From Candidatus Doudnabacteria bacterium (GTDB lineage Bacteria > Patescibacteriota > Doudnabacteria > UBA920 > VMFF01), in NCBI GenBank assembly GCA_028286905.1, contig JAQBQP010000002.1, positions 309,458 to 373,457 on the forward strand: DNA of 64,000 nucleotides. Reading direction: 5' to 3'. Made by a program: the position numbers and the translations under genes. Under the pieces are notes generated by a model, which did not search any database, was not told where the DNA came from, and saw only the letters and a list, made by a program, of their open reading frames with translations. This document shows, one piece after another, positions 19,701 to 27,513 of the stretch (position 1 is its first letter; every line of letters starts with the position of its first letter).

Positions 19701-20987
19701 ATGAACAAAAATAAAAAAAATCTTTGTACAAAAATTTTGGTATTTATCGGAGTAATGGGGCTGGTTTCAGCTCCTTTTGGCGTTTTAGCTGATACCAAAT
19801 CTGACATTGAAGCGCAAAAAGCCGTTAAACAACAAGAAATTGCACAGTTGGAACAGCAAATCAAAGATTATCAGAACCAGATTCAACAAAAAAGAACTCA
19901 AGGCGCTTCGTTAGCCAACGAAATTTCTTTGTACGATACCGAAATCAAATCAACTGAGTTAAAAATCCAAGCAACCCAAACGAATATGGATAATACCCAG
20001 TTGCAGATTGACGAAACCAAGGATGCAATTGCTCAAAAAAATACCCAAATTGAACAAGAAAAGATTTTACTCTCAGAATTACTCGTAACTTTGCAGCAAT
20101 ATGACAATACCTCAACAATTCAGATTGGTTTAGGTAGTAATAATTTTTCAGATTTCATGGACCAAGTCCAATATACGGAATCAGTGCAGGAGAAAGTTTC
20201 GTCTTTACTTCAGCAGATTAAAGATATCAAAGTGAAGCTTGAGCAAGACAAAACCGATTTAGAAACAAGCCTAGCTCAACTTACCCAATTAAGCGATCAG
20301 CTTAATCAAACTCAAAAGAGTCTTGATGATCAAAAAACTTCAAAACTAGATTTGTTAAATCAAACTAAGGGTCAGGAAAGTAAATATAAAAAATTACTTG
20401 TTAGCACGCAGGATGAAGAAGCAAAGGTTAACAAAGAAATTTATGATTTAGATAATAAAGCTTCGGGTTCAGTTACTAACAAAACGCTGCCTTCGGTACA
20501 TGGAATTTTAGCGTACCCAATTGTCGGAGTTTTAACTCAAGGCTATGGCAATACCGGCTTTACAGCCTTGGGATACAATTTTCACAACGGAATTGACTTA
20601 GCAGGCCCTGCAGGTACACCTATATATTCTGCAGCCGATGGTACAGTTGTTAACACTGGAACAGGAACGACTGCTTATGGAAATTGGGTGGCAATAAAAC
20701 ATTTAGCCGGGGGGAAGTTGGACCGTGATATTGTCACGCTTTATGGGCACATGCGCAAATTTGTTGTTTCGCCAGGGGAGGTAATGAAAAAAGGCGATTT
20801 GATTGGCTATGAAGGAAATACTGGAAACACTTCCAGGCTACTGTATGGACCAGATCGCGGTTATCACTTACATTTCACAGTATTTGATGCTAAAGGGTAC
20901 GGAGTTAAAGACGGTGCTTATCCAAAAATTTACGGACCATATCAAATCCCATATGGTTATACCTATGACCCTAAGGATTTCTTATAA
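19701..20987 (+). CDS. M23/LytM-family peptidoglycan endopeptidase with an N-terminal signal/TM and a long coiled coil (EnvC-like architecture)
   Basis: 428 aa; Q/E/K-rich coiled coil, C-terminal HNGIDLA...D...YGHM...HLHF M23 zinc motifs. Confidence 0.8.
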   Translation: MNKNKKNLCTKILVFIGVMGLVSAPFGVLADTKSDIEAQKAVKQQEIAQLEQQIKDYQNQIQQKRTQGASLANEISLYDTEIKSTELKIQATQTNMDNTQLQIDETKDAIAQKNTQIEQEKILLSELLVTLQQYDNTSTIQIGLGSNNFSDFMDQVQYTESVQEKVSSLLQQIKDIKVKLEQDKTDLETSLAQLTQLSDQLNQTQKSLDDQKTSKLDLLNQTKGQESKYKKLLVSTQDEEAKVNKEIYDLDNKASGSVTNKTLPSVHGILAYPIVGVLTQGYGNTGFTALGYNFHNGIDLAGPAGTPIYSAADGTVVNTGTGTTAYGNWVAIKHLAGGKLDRDIVTLYGHMRKFVVSPGEVMKKGDLIGYEGNTGNTSRLLYGPDRGYHLHFTVFDAKGYGVKDGAYPKIYGPYQIPYGYTYDPKDFL

Positions 20988-21032
20988 TTTGGTTTATTTG
21001 CTAAAATGTAGCTATATAAATTAGTTAAAATA

Positions 21033-22235
21033 ATGAAACAAAAATCAAAATCAAGAATGAAGTTTTGGATTCTAAGCATAGCTTTATTCAGTTCAACGCT
21101 TGCTCTTGTGCCTCAAAGGACCCTTGCTGTTAACTCTATTTTAAGCGGGCAAATTTGTACTCCGGATAACTCAACTGCTAATAGTGGCAACAACATAGCA
21201 CGCTGCGTAAATAATATTTACGCTTTTTCCATTGCGATTGGTGGCTTTGTGGCGGTGCTGATGTTTGTTATCGCTGGTTATTTTTACACCCTCGGCGGCA
21301 ATGAGAACGTTACTAAAGCTAAAGGCTTTATAAACTCCACAATTATTGGACTAATTTTATTGTTTGGCTCATTTGCATTATTGAATACGATTGATCCAAA
21401 TCTCACTAGTTTACCGGCTGTTACCGCGCCTGGTGTGAATTGTGATAGCCAAACAGACCCCGTTACTAAAAAAGTTTACAATTCATGCGACAACCCAGAC
21501 GAGTACGGACAACTACTTACAGGAACATCTGGAGGATCAGTTTTATGTACCATAGATAACAAAAACCTTTGTAACGATGCCATACCAACTCAGCAAGTGA
21601 GCACTCAAGACCGAGCTCAGTCAAAGCCTAATGCTAGCGAGGGAGGTGATGTTAATAACACCTTTGCTCTTTTCCCACCGCCTTTAAAAGGTAGGTTTAG
21701 TCAGGAAGACCCACGTTGGGGAAACAAATTATACGGTAATTGCGGAGATGGCAGTACGATAGGTAGTTCCGGTTGTGGACCAAGTGCAATGGCAATGGTA
21801 ATATCTCACTTTGGGGCATTAGGAAAGGTTACTTTGCAACCTCAGGACGCTCCGGCGGTCGCTAAAGTTGCAAAAGGTTATGGCAGCAATGTTGATCCTG
21901 GAATTATTGCTGATATAGGCGTGCAGTTAGGGTATAGAGTGTGCGGATCTGGAACAAGTTACCAGATGTTCACCAGTTTAGCAAAATATTACGGCTTGCA
22001 TGCTACACAAGTTGGCTCAATGGATGAAGCTAAAGCCGCTATGAAGAATGGTGATGTTATAATTGCCGCGATGGGCCCGGGTTACTTTACAACAGGGGGC
22101 CACTTCATAGTTTTATATAGTTACTCAGGAGATAAAATTTACATTTCTGATAGTGGCCCTCGCAATCGTACAATTGCATTAGATTCAACGGTTGAGCAAG
22201 AGCAACATTATATGGTAGCTATAGGAAAAAAATAA
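21033..22235 (+). CDS. secreted/membrane protein: signal peptide, VirB2/TrbC-like double hydrophobic segment, C-terminal C39-like (papain-fold) cysteine peptidase domain
   Basis: 400 aa; signal peptide, two TM helices separated by a short loop, then SGCGPSAMAMVISHF (catalytic Cys context of Peptidase_C39_2) and GGHFIVLYSYSGDKIYISD (His/Asp). Confidence 0.55.
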   Translation: MKQKSKSRMKFWILSIALFSSTLALVPQRTLAVNSILSGQICTPDNSTANSGNNIARCVNNIYAFSIAIGGFVAVLMFVIAGYFYTLGGNENVTKAKGFINSTIIGLILLFGSFALLNTIDPNLTSLPAVTAPGVNCDSQTDPVTKKVYNSCDNPDEYGQLLTGTSGGSVLCTIDNKNLCNDAIPTQQVSTQDRAQSKPNASEGGDVNNTFALFPPPLKGRFSQEDPRWGNKLYGNCGDGSTIGSSGCGPSAMAMVISHFGALGKVTLQPQDAPAVAKVAKGYGSNVDPGIIADIGVQLGYRVCGSGTSYQMFTSLAKYYGLHATQVGSMDEAKAAMKNGDVIIAAMGPGYFTTGGHFIVLYSYSGDKIYISDSGPRNRTIALDSTVEQEQHYMVAIGKK

Positions 22236-22236
22236 T

Positions 22237-22668
22237 ATGAAAAAAGTTTTAATAATAGGTTCGGTCGTTGTTATAATATTATTGGTGACTGTTCTGATCG
22301 TGTCAAAAAGAAAGGCTTCTCCCGTATCAAATAGCGCAGTTGGTAAAACAGATCAAGCGGGAAACAGCTCTGCAAGCAAAAGCCCTTCTAACGATTATGG
22401 AAATCAAAATGTTGAACCAGACGTAAAAGAAGGCGCCCCTTTAACTTCACCTGAACCTCCGCAAAACCCTAATTTTACTTGGACTAAAAAACTTCCTTAC
22501 AGAAGTCAGTATTATGATATTTATTATAATCCACCTTACGATATAACAATTGATTTGCCTACATCTTTTAGCCCGGCAATAAAAGACCGCTACCAGCAAG
22601 AAGCTTTGGATTGGTTAAAAGCTCAAAGTGCTCCCATGGACCAAATTAATGTAAATGTTTTAAGATGA
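22237..22668 (+). CDS. membrane-anchored hypothetical protein (N-terminal TM, Pro/Tyr-rich extracytoplasmic part)
   Basis: 143 aa; ATGA stop/start overlap with the next gene. Confidence 0.45.
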   Translation: MKKVLIIGSVVVIILLVTVLIVSKRKASPVSNSAVGKTDQAGNSSASKSPSNDYGNQNVEPDVKEGAPLTSPEPPQNPNFTWTKKLPYRSQYYDIYYNPPYDITIDLPTSFSPAIKDRYQQEALDWLKAQSAPMDQINVNVLR

Positions 22669-23237
22669 ACTCAGGCAATATTGAATTAACCCCTAGAACA
22701 ATTTGGGGAATCATAATTGCAATTTTGTTATCGTTTTTTTTGTATTTCTATCAGCATAATCCTCAAATTTTGGTCGGCGGTTTATTATCAGCCAATGCTA
22801 ACTGCACCGATGATCAAAGTTGCAATGTCGCAACTGGACCCAAGGGGCAAGTCGTAGGGGATTGTCGCGATTGCATAAAGGTTAAAGGCACAAAAGTGCC
22901 TACGACTGATGGAATAGGTGAGTATGTTGACGTTAAATTATTTGCAAAGTTAAAAAAACTTCGAGTATTAAACTCTAATTGGCGAATCACCGAAGAGTAT
23001 CCGCCAACAGTTCAACATTTAAATTTTTGTCACGGCAACGGAACTTGTGTTGACCTTGGTTTGTATCCAGAAAAGAGGACTGCAAAAAATCTTGATCAGC
23101 TTTGTACAGACGCCTTAGCCGCTGGGCTCACTTTAATAAATGAATATTCAGATAAAAATTTGCTGAGTGCAAATTCTACGTGTCCTGATTCAAATATTTT
23201 TGAAACTACCACAGGCGGTCATTTGCACGTGCAGTAG
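22665..23237 (+). CDS. membrane-anchored Cys-rich protein with a peptidase M15-like (VanY/hedgehog-type) zinc-binding signature
   Basis: 190 aa; N-terminal TM, SNWRITEE...H..G.CVD and C-terminal GGHLHV resemble the S-x-R...H...D / H-x-H motifs of M15 peptidases. Confidence 0.4.
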   Translation: MNSGNIELTPRTIWGIIIAILLSFFLYFYQHNPQILVGGLLSANANCTDDQSCNVATGPKGQVVGDCRDCIKVKGTKVPTTDGIGEYVDVKLFAKLKKLRVLNSNWRITEEYPPTVQHLNFCHGNGTCVDLGLYPEKRTAKNLDQLCTDALAAGLTLINEYSDKNLLSANSTCPDSNIFETTTGGHLHVQ

Positions 23238-23249
23238 GTCTCATTAAGC

Positions 23250-23534
23250 CTACAAAACCGCAGTATTACGAATACTTGACTTTTCGTCAAATTTGTAAGC
23301 TTTTGCTAAAATCAGTTTATCTTTACGTTTCAAGTTTTTAATTCTAAATTCTTCTCTAAGCGCAGATGATTTATTCTTCTGCGTTTTTATATAAACAAAT
23401 TTATTTGCCCCGTGGGTTTTTGTATACTTGGCACCTTTTCCTTGTTTATGAGCCAAAAGACGTTTGGCTATATTATTTGTAATTCCGCAATACAGAGTTT
23501 TATCGTTACATTCGAGGATGTATGTATACCACAT
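23250..23534 (-). CDS. GIY-YIG nuclease family protein (UPF0213)
   Basis: 94 aa; WYTYILECNDKTLYCGITNN...RL..H GIY-YIG core. Confidence 0.8.
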   Translation of the reverse strand: MWYTYILECNDKTLYCGITNNIAKRLLAHKQGKGAKYTKTHGANKFVYIKTQKNKSSALREEFRIKNLKRKDKLILAKAYKFDEKSSIRNTAVL

Positions 23535-23586
23535 AGGATTTGGAAAGGATTACAGGATGGTTTAAGTGTCTTAAGTATACCTGATC

Positions 23587-23630
23587 GTTACACGTGATGA
23601 AAAATGTATCACGTGGATGTGTCACGTGAT
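23587..23630. promoter_or_regulatory. cluster of three CACGTG palindromes (two as TCACGTG) in the upstream region of the GIY-YIG gene
   Basis: ttaCACGTGatg...atCACGTGgat...gtCACGTGata within 40 bp. Confidence 0.4.
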
Positions 23631-24039
23631 AGGTCAGAAGATTTTAGAATAAAAATCTTAATATCTTAATTACAAGTATATAAATAAATATTTATTTATA
23701 TAAACTATCGTTGATGAGATAAGCGTGAAGCGAGAACTACAAAGAAAGCTAAAGTATTAGTAGAAGTTAGTTATACATTGGTTATTTACAATATACCTTG
23801 TCGCATAAGCTACATTGTGCGACAAGGTAATATTATGTATATAGTACCTTTCATATACCTCCCCCATGGGCCCCAGGATGTATTAGACGTCGTAGTCGTT
23901 GAGCTCAAACTAAAACACATTGCGACGTGTTCTCGGATTATATGGTTTGGACCCTGGTTCCAATACCCGGCACGGGGCTTGTTTATACTTTAAGTAAAGA
24001 CATAAAAGTATGTAACAACCCTGGTAATTAAGATAGCTA

Positions 24040-24058
24040 TTACTTATCCCCTGGTCTA
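24040..24058. repeat. left copy of an imperfect direct repeat bounding the accessory island (TTACT-tat-CCCCTGG-TCTA)
   Basis: Matches 31742-31758 TTACT-CCCCTGG-c-TCTA; the GC-rich 8-mer core is rare in this AT-rich sequence. Confidence 0.4.
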
Positions 24059-24497
24059 GGCTTGTTTGAGAATTAAAATAAAACTAGGATACGAATATGT
24101 TAATCACACGACAAAATCCAAATAGTGGTAGACCACTTAGAGTTATCCAATCGATCGCGATAAAAAGACCGGTCGAATGGGTTTCAAACTCGGTTATTGC
24201 TCGAAATGCTCTGAACCACTAGTAATAAAGATATCGGATGCGGGGTGAGGTGTCTAAGATGTTTATTCAACCCGAAGTAATAGAGCCCCCAAGGTTTCGC
24301 GAATTCAGCGCCTTAAGAAGCAACTGGTCGAAGCTATGGGTGAAACCATTCCTGAACCTAAATTTTATGATGAGCAAACATAAATATTACAAATCTTATT
24401 ACTACGTGAGCTATTTGGAGTTGCCACAAGATTATGATCGCTATTATGCAACCAAAGCTTTTCCTTACCCTTTTCTTTTGAATACATAGCCTTTAAA

Positions 24498-24842
24498 TTA
24501 GAAAGGGATATCCTCTATTCGTATTTCGTCTTCAACAAGATCTGCTTCAGGAACTTTAACAGAGTACTTGCTTATCGCAGCCTGGTATAAACTCTCTGCT
24601 TGTTTCTTAAATTGTTCCTTATCGCTTATGAAATTATTTAATTTGTTGTACAAGTTCAGGTATATTATTTGATGTGCTTTATTGCTAAGAGATCGCTCGT
24701 CATATGGGTCCATTTCAAAATCTTCGTTAGAAGCTAAATTTAGCAAGGATGATAAATCCTCTCTAGTTATCCTGTCTATTTCAACGTAATTCTCCCCCGT
24801 TTTGTAGTAAGCTTTTCCGTTATTTATATGTAAATACTTCAT
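24498..24842 (-). CDS. hypothetical 114-aa protein, operon partner of the PHP-ATPase gene
   Basis: Start ATG 3 nt after the stop of the upstream gene (TAAATCATG); acidic, no recognisable motif. Confidence 0.5.
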   Translation of the reverse strand: MKYLHINNGKAYYKTGENYVEIDRITREDLSSLLNLASNEDFEMDPYDERSLSNKAHQIIYLNLYNKLNNFISDKEQFKKQAESLYQAAISKYSVKVPEADLVEDEIRIEDIPF

Positions 24843-24845
24843 GAT

Positions 24846-26894
24846 TTATTTTTTAAAATTATTGTACAGCTCATTTCGTAACGCGTATGCTTCCACTCCT
24901 GCTTCAAGGGTAGCGAGGAGGATTTCGTAACTATCTACCTTCTCCATCCCATCAGCAGTTTTGAATTCCTTATCCCCCGGCGATCCTGAAAATATTTTAT
25001 ACGTGTCCTTGTCTTGGAAAATTGTTCGCTTTGTATACAGAACATAATCAGGACGCATTAACATACCTACGGTATTGTTATGTGTAACTACAATTACGGG
25101 AAGCTCCTTAGAAATATCTTTGATCTCTTTGTTAACATTTTCTTTTAAAAAAATGTTGTCAAAAGAAGATTCGGGTTCATCTATCAAAAGCATCTCGTAC
25201 TGTCGGGCATCCGCCAACGACTTAAGTAAATTGAATTCTGATCTTTCGCCACCTGATACCTCCTTATCATATTGATTTAGAACCTTGTATGTCACCTTAC
25301 AAAAATATCTATATAATTCGCTTTTTTCTAACCGGTCGATATTTTTCAACTCCTCTAAAAATTGAATTGGTATATCATATTTGGAATATGCACTACTAAA
25401 TTTAACATTTTTATGACTTTCGTCAGAAAGTTCCCCCGCACCGTTGAACTTACGAGCTATTGATCTAATCTTAAACTTTCTAAAAGAGGTGTTTTCATCA
25501 ATAATAGTTTCCTTCATTACTGCGAGAGCGATCGCGTTAAATTTTTTAAATTTTTCTCGTTCTAATTTCAAATCGTAAAAGTCTATCTCATTATGTTCAA
25601 TAATTGGACTTGAGGTTCGATTTTTTAAATTTTTCTGTGTTTCGCTAATCAAATCATTTACCCAAACCTTCTTCATTCTTTCTTCTGTATCCTGGATAAA
25701 GCGCTCTTTTAAATCGTCTAAAAGAGCGGCTAGACTTTTTGGCTGTATATGTCTATTGATTATCTCCTCATAGACTTGGTCTTTCAGTAAAATTATTACT
25801 GCTGCAATTATATCCTTTAGATCTTCAGTCGAGCGGATCGGATATAGATTTTCAGTAAATAAGGCAGTGTTTGAGAATTCATCGTGTTGCTTTTGATTCA
25901 AAGCAAACTCCAATAAGGACTCAATATACCTATTTAAAATATAATTCGTCTCTCTTCTATCTATTGTTACTACGTCATTAACTACTAACTTAAACTCATC
26001 CAAATATCTTTCTCGCGTATTACTTTTTGCATTCTCAAGATTTTTTTGAAATTTTTCCTTATCGTCACTAATTAACTCAAACTGTTCTATATATTTGATA
26101 GATTTTTCGTCGATATCGTAAACCTTTTTAAGATTGTTTAATAAGTTGGTTTTACCTGAAGATCTTTCGCCTAAAACTATATTGAGCCCATTCGATAAAA
26201 TCTGTCCATCATTAAAAACCTGAAAAAAATCTTGGCTTCCTATATTAGACAAGAAAACTTTGGATTTATCCTGGAGTGCGATCTTTATAACATTCAGAGA
26301 AAGTTTTTCTGAGTTTGTTTTAATAAAGGTCTGCCTGCCCTGAAGCTCGGCGAGATTTAAGTCATGGCTTACTCGACAATCACTAAATAAAACAGGTGTT
26401 AATGGGAGGTCTTCCTTCATCAATCTGTTAAATTTTTTAGGACTGCTTACCTCACCGGTAAAAATACAGTCATTTAGTAACTCGAAGGCATGCTGGTTTA
26501 CTCTTGGTTTTTTATCGTAATGGGGAACGAGTAGATAGTCACTTAGATTTACAAATATTTCCCTTAGCTTATTTGCTTTAACAGTGTCATTATTTTGCAA
26601 TTCCGCAGTGATTAAATCACATTTTTGACTAAAATCCTCTAGGTTTATGTTTTCTGAGACAAGTAATAAATGTCCGTTTTCAAAATCAATTTCTATCCCA
26701 GGAAGAATTACCGCGTTTGGCAAATCTCCAGTTATTTGTTGGAATTGTGCTTTGTTAAATAAATTGTGGTTAGTGATGGCCACAGCATCTAATGAGAAGG
26801 AAGTAAGGTATTCTTTAAACTTATCAAGTTCAAACTCAAAATAAGCGTCTTTTTTGGTGGGTACTGTATGCACATGTAAATCGATTTTTTTCAT
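24846..26894 (-). CDS. PHP-domain phosphoesterase fused to an ABC/SMC-like ATPase (Ppl-like candidate defence protein)
   Basis: 682 aa; N-terminal IDLHVHT...AITNHN...PGIEI PHP motifs. Walker A LGERSSGKTNLL, ABC signature VSGGERSEFNLL, Walker B/D-loop MLLIDEPESSFD, H-loop VIVVTHN. About 340 aa lie between Walker A and the signature, as in SMC/RecF/OLD-type ATPases. Confidence 0.7.
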   Translation of the reverse strand: MKKIDLHVHTVPTKKDAYFEFELDKFKEYLTSFSLDAVAITNHNLFNKAQFQQITGDLPNAVILPGIEIDFENGHLLLVSENINLEDFSQKCDLITAELQNNDTVKANKLREIFVNLSDYLLVPHYDKKPRVNQHAFELLNDCIFTGEVSSPKKFNRLMKEDLPLTPVLFSDCRVSHDLNLAELQGRQTFIKTNSEKLSLNVIKIALQDKSKVFLSNIGSQDFFQVFNDGQILSNGLNIVLGERSSGKTNLLNNLKKVYDIDEKSIKYIEQFELISDDKEKFQKNLENAKSNTRERYLDEFKLVVNDVVTIDRRETNYILNRYIESLLEFALNQKQHDEFSNTALFTENLYPIRSTEDLKDIIAAVIILLKDQVYEEIINRHIQPKSLAALLDDLKERFIQDTEERMKKVWVNDLISETQKNLKNRTSSPIIEHNEIDFYDLKLEREKFKKFNAIALAVMKETIIDENTSFRKFKIRSIARKFNGAGELSDESHKNVKFSSAYSKYDIPIQFLEELKNIDRLEKSELYRYFCKVTYKVLNQYDKEVSGGERSEFNLLKSLADARQYEMLLIDEPESSFDNIFLKENVNKEIKDISKELPVIVVTHNNTVGMLMRPDYVLYTKRTIFQDKDTYKIFSGSPGDKEFKTADGMEKVDSYEILLATLEAGVEAYALRNELYNNFKK

Positions 26895-26995
26895 ATGGAG
26901 TTACGGCAAACAAAAATTACTAAACTTATTATGCTCTTTGACCATCTAATTTGCAACGATTTATTAAATTTTGATTAAATTCAAGTTTTTCCTAA

Positions 26996-27064
26996 CTCTC
27001 CCCTGTTTTAACTTACCCACAAGAAAATTGCCGTGATCGCTTGCGCTACAGTGTGCGAAACAAA
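26996..27064. repeat. about 68-nt imperfect direct repeat, copy A (upstream of the PHP-ATPase promoter)
   Basis: ctctcccctgtttt...gatcgcttgcgctacagtgtgcgaaacaaaagag is about 78% identical to copy B at 27389-27456. Confidence 0.6.
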
Positions 27065-27095
27065 AGAGTACAATATCTGAATATCGTACTCTTAC
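27065..27095 (-). terminator. Rho-independent terminator after the 65-aa ORF
   Basis: AGAGTAC-N14-GTACTCT hairpin followed by TTTTGTTT on the minus strand. Confidence 0.6.
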
Positions 27096-27118
27096 TGTTT
27101 ACAGGCGTATTCCCTAAA

Positions 27119-27316
27119 TCAAGGGTGTCTCCTCCTTCTGCTAGGTCCAATAGGCTCTTGGCTATGAGGCGCATGTCTAGACAACTCGACCCCTCTGCGG
27201 ATTGGGGCATATTCCTTGCGCGCCTGCTGCTCCGCTCGCCGTATCTCTTCTTGACCTTCGGGGGTATTGGGATCAGGAAATGGATACGCTTCCAAAATTT
27301 CCAAGTCGCTCGGCAT
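27119..27316 (-). CDS. small GC-rich ORF (65 aa), acidic N-terminus and basic C-terminus
   Basis: AAGGA SD 5-6 nt before the ATG; the stop is followed by hairpin AGAGTAC...GTACTCT plus a U-run on the minus strand. Local GC far above the host GC. Confidence 0.45.
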   Translation of the reverse strand: MPSDLEILEAYPFPDPNTPEGQEEIRRAEQQARKEYAPIRRGVELSRHAPHSQEPIGPSRRRRHP

Positions 27317-27388
27317 AAATTCCTTTGGTTGAGATAAATCAAGTATATTCCGAAATTTTTATAATGTCTAAAAAAGTTTTTTCTATTC

Positions 27389-27456
27389 TCTCCCCTGTTT
27401 TTAGTTGTTCACGAAAATGCCAGATCCCTTGCGCTACATTATGCAAAAAACAAAGG
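27389..27456. repeat. about 68-nt imperfect direct repeat, copy B (upstream of the 65-aa ORF promoter)
   Basis: ctctcccctgttttt...gatcccttgcgctacattatgcaaaaaacaaaggag; each copy abuts a minus-strand terminator hairpin. Confidence 0.6.
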
Positions 27457-27490
27457 AGCCCTAACATTGCTGTTGGGCTCCTTGTTTAAT
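27455..27490 (-). terminator. Rho-independent terminator after the ParB-like gene
   Basis: GGAGCCC-N13-GGGCTCC hairpin followed by TTTGTTTTTTGC on the minus strand. Confidence 0.65.
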
Positions 27491-27513
27491 GTCGGAAAAA
27501 ATTCCTCCTGCAA

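Noticed and set aside
23778-23993. 71-aa ORF in the long non-coding region
   Set aside because: No RBS, odd composition, lies in a palindrome-rich putative regulatory region; more likely non-coding or sRNA.
23850-24030. Possible tRNA/tmRNA fragment as an integration target (GGTTCCAATACCC resembles a T-arm)
   Set aside because: Could not fold a consistent T-stem or acceptor stem by hand; no cloverleaf; left as unassigned GC-moderate sequence.
27041-27342. Two roughly 98-aa ORFs overlapping on both strands in the first GC-rich segment
   Set aside because: Mutually exclusive with, and longer than, the SD-supported 65-aa minus-strand ORF; their extensions run into terminator and promoter sequence.
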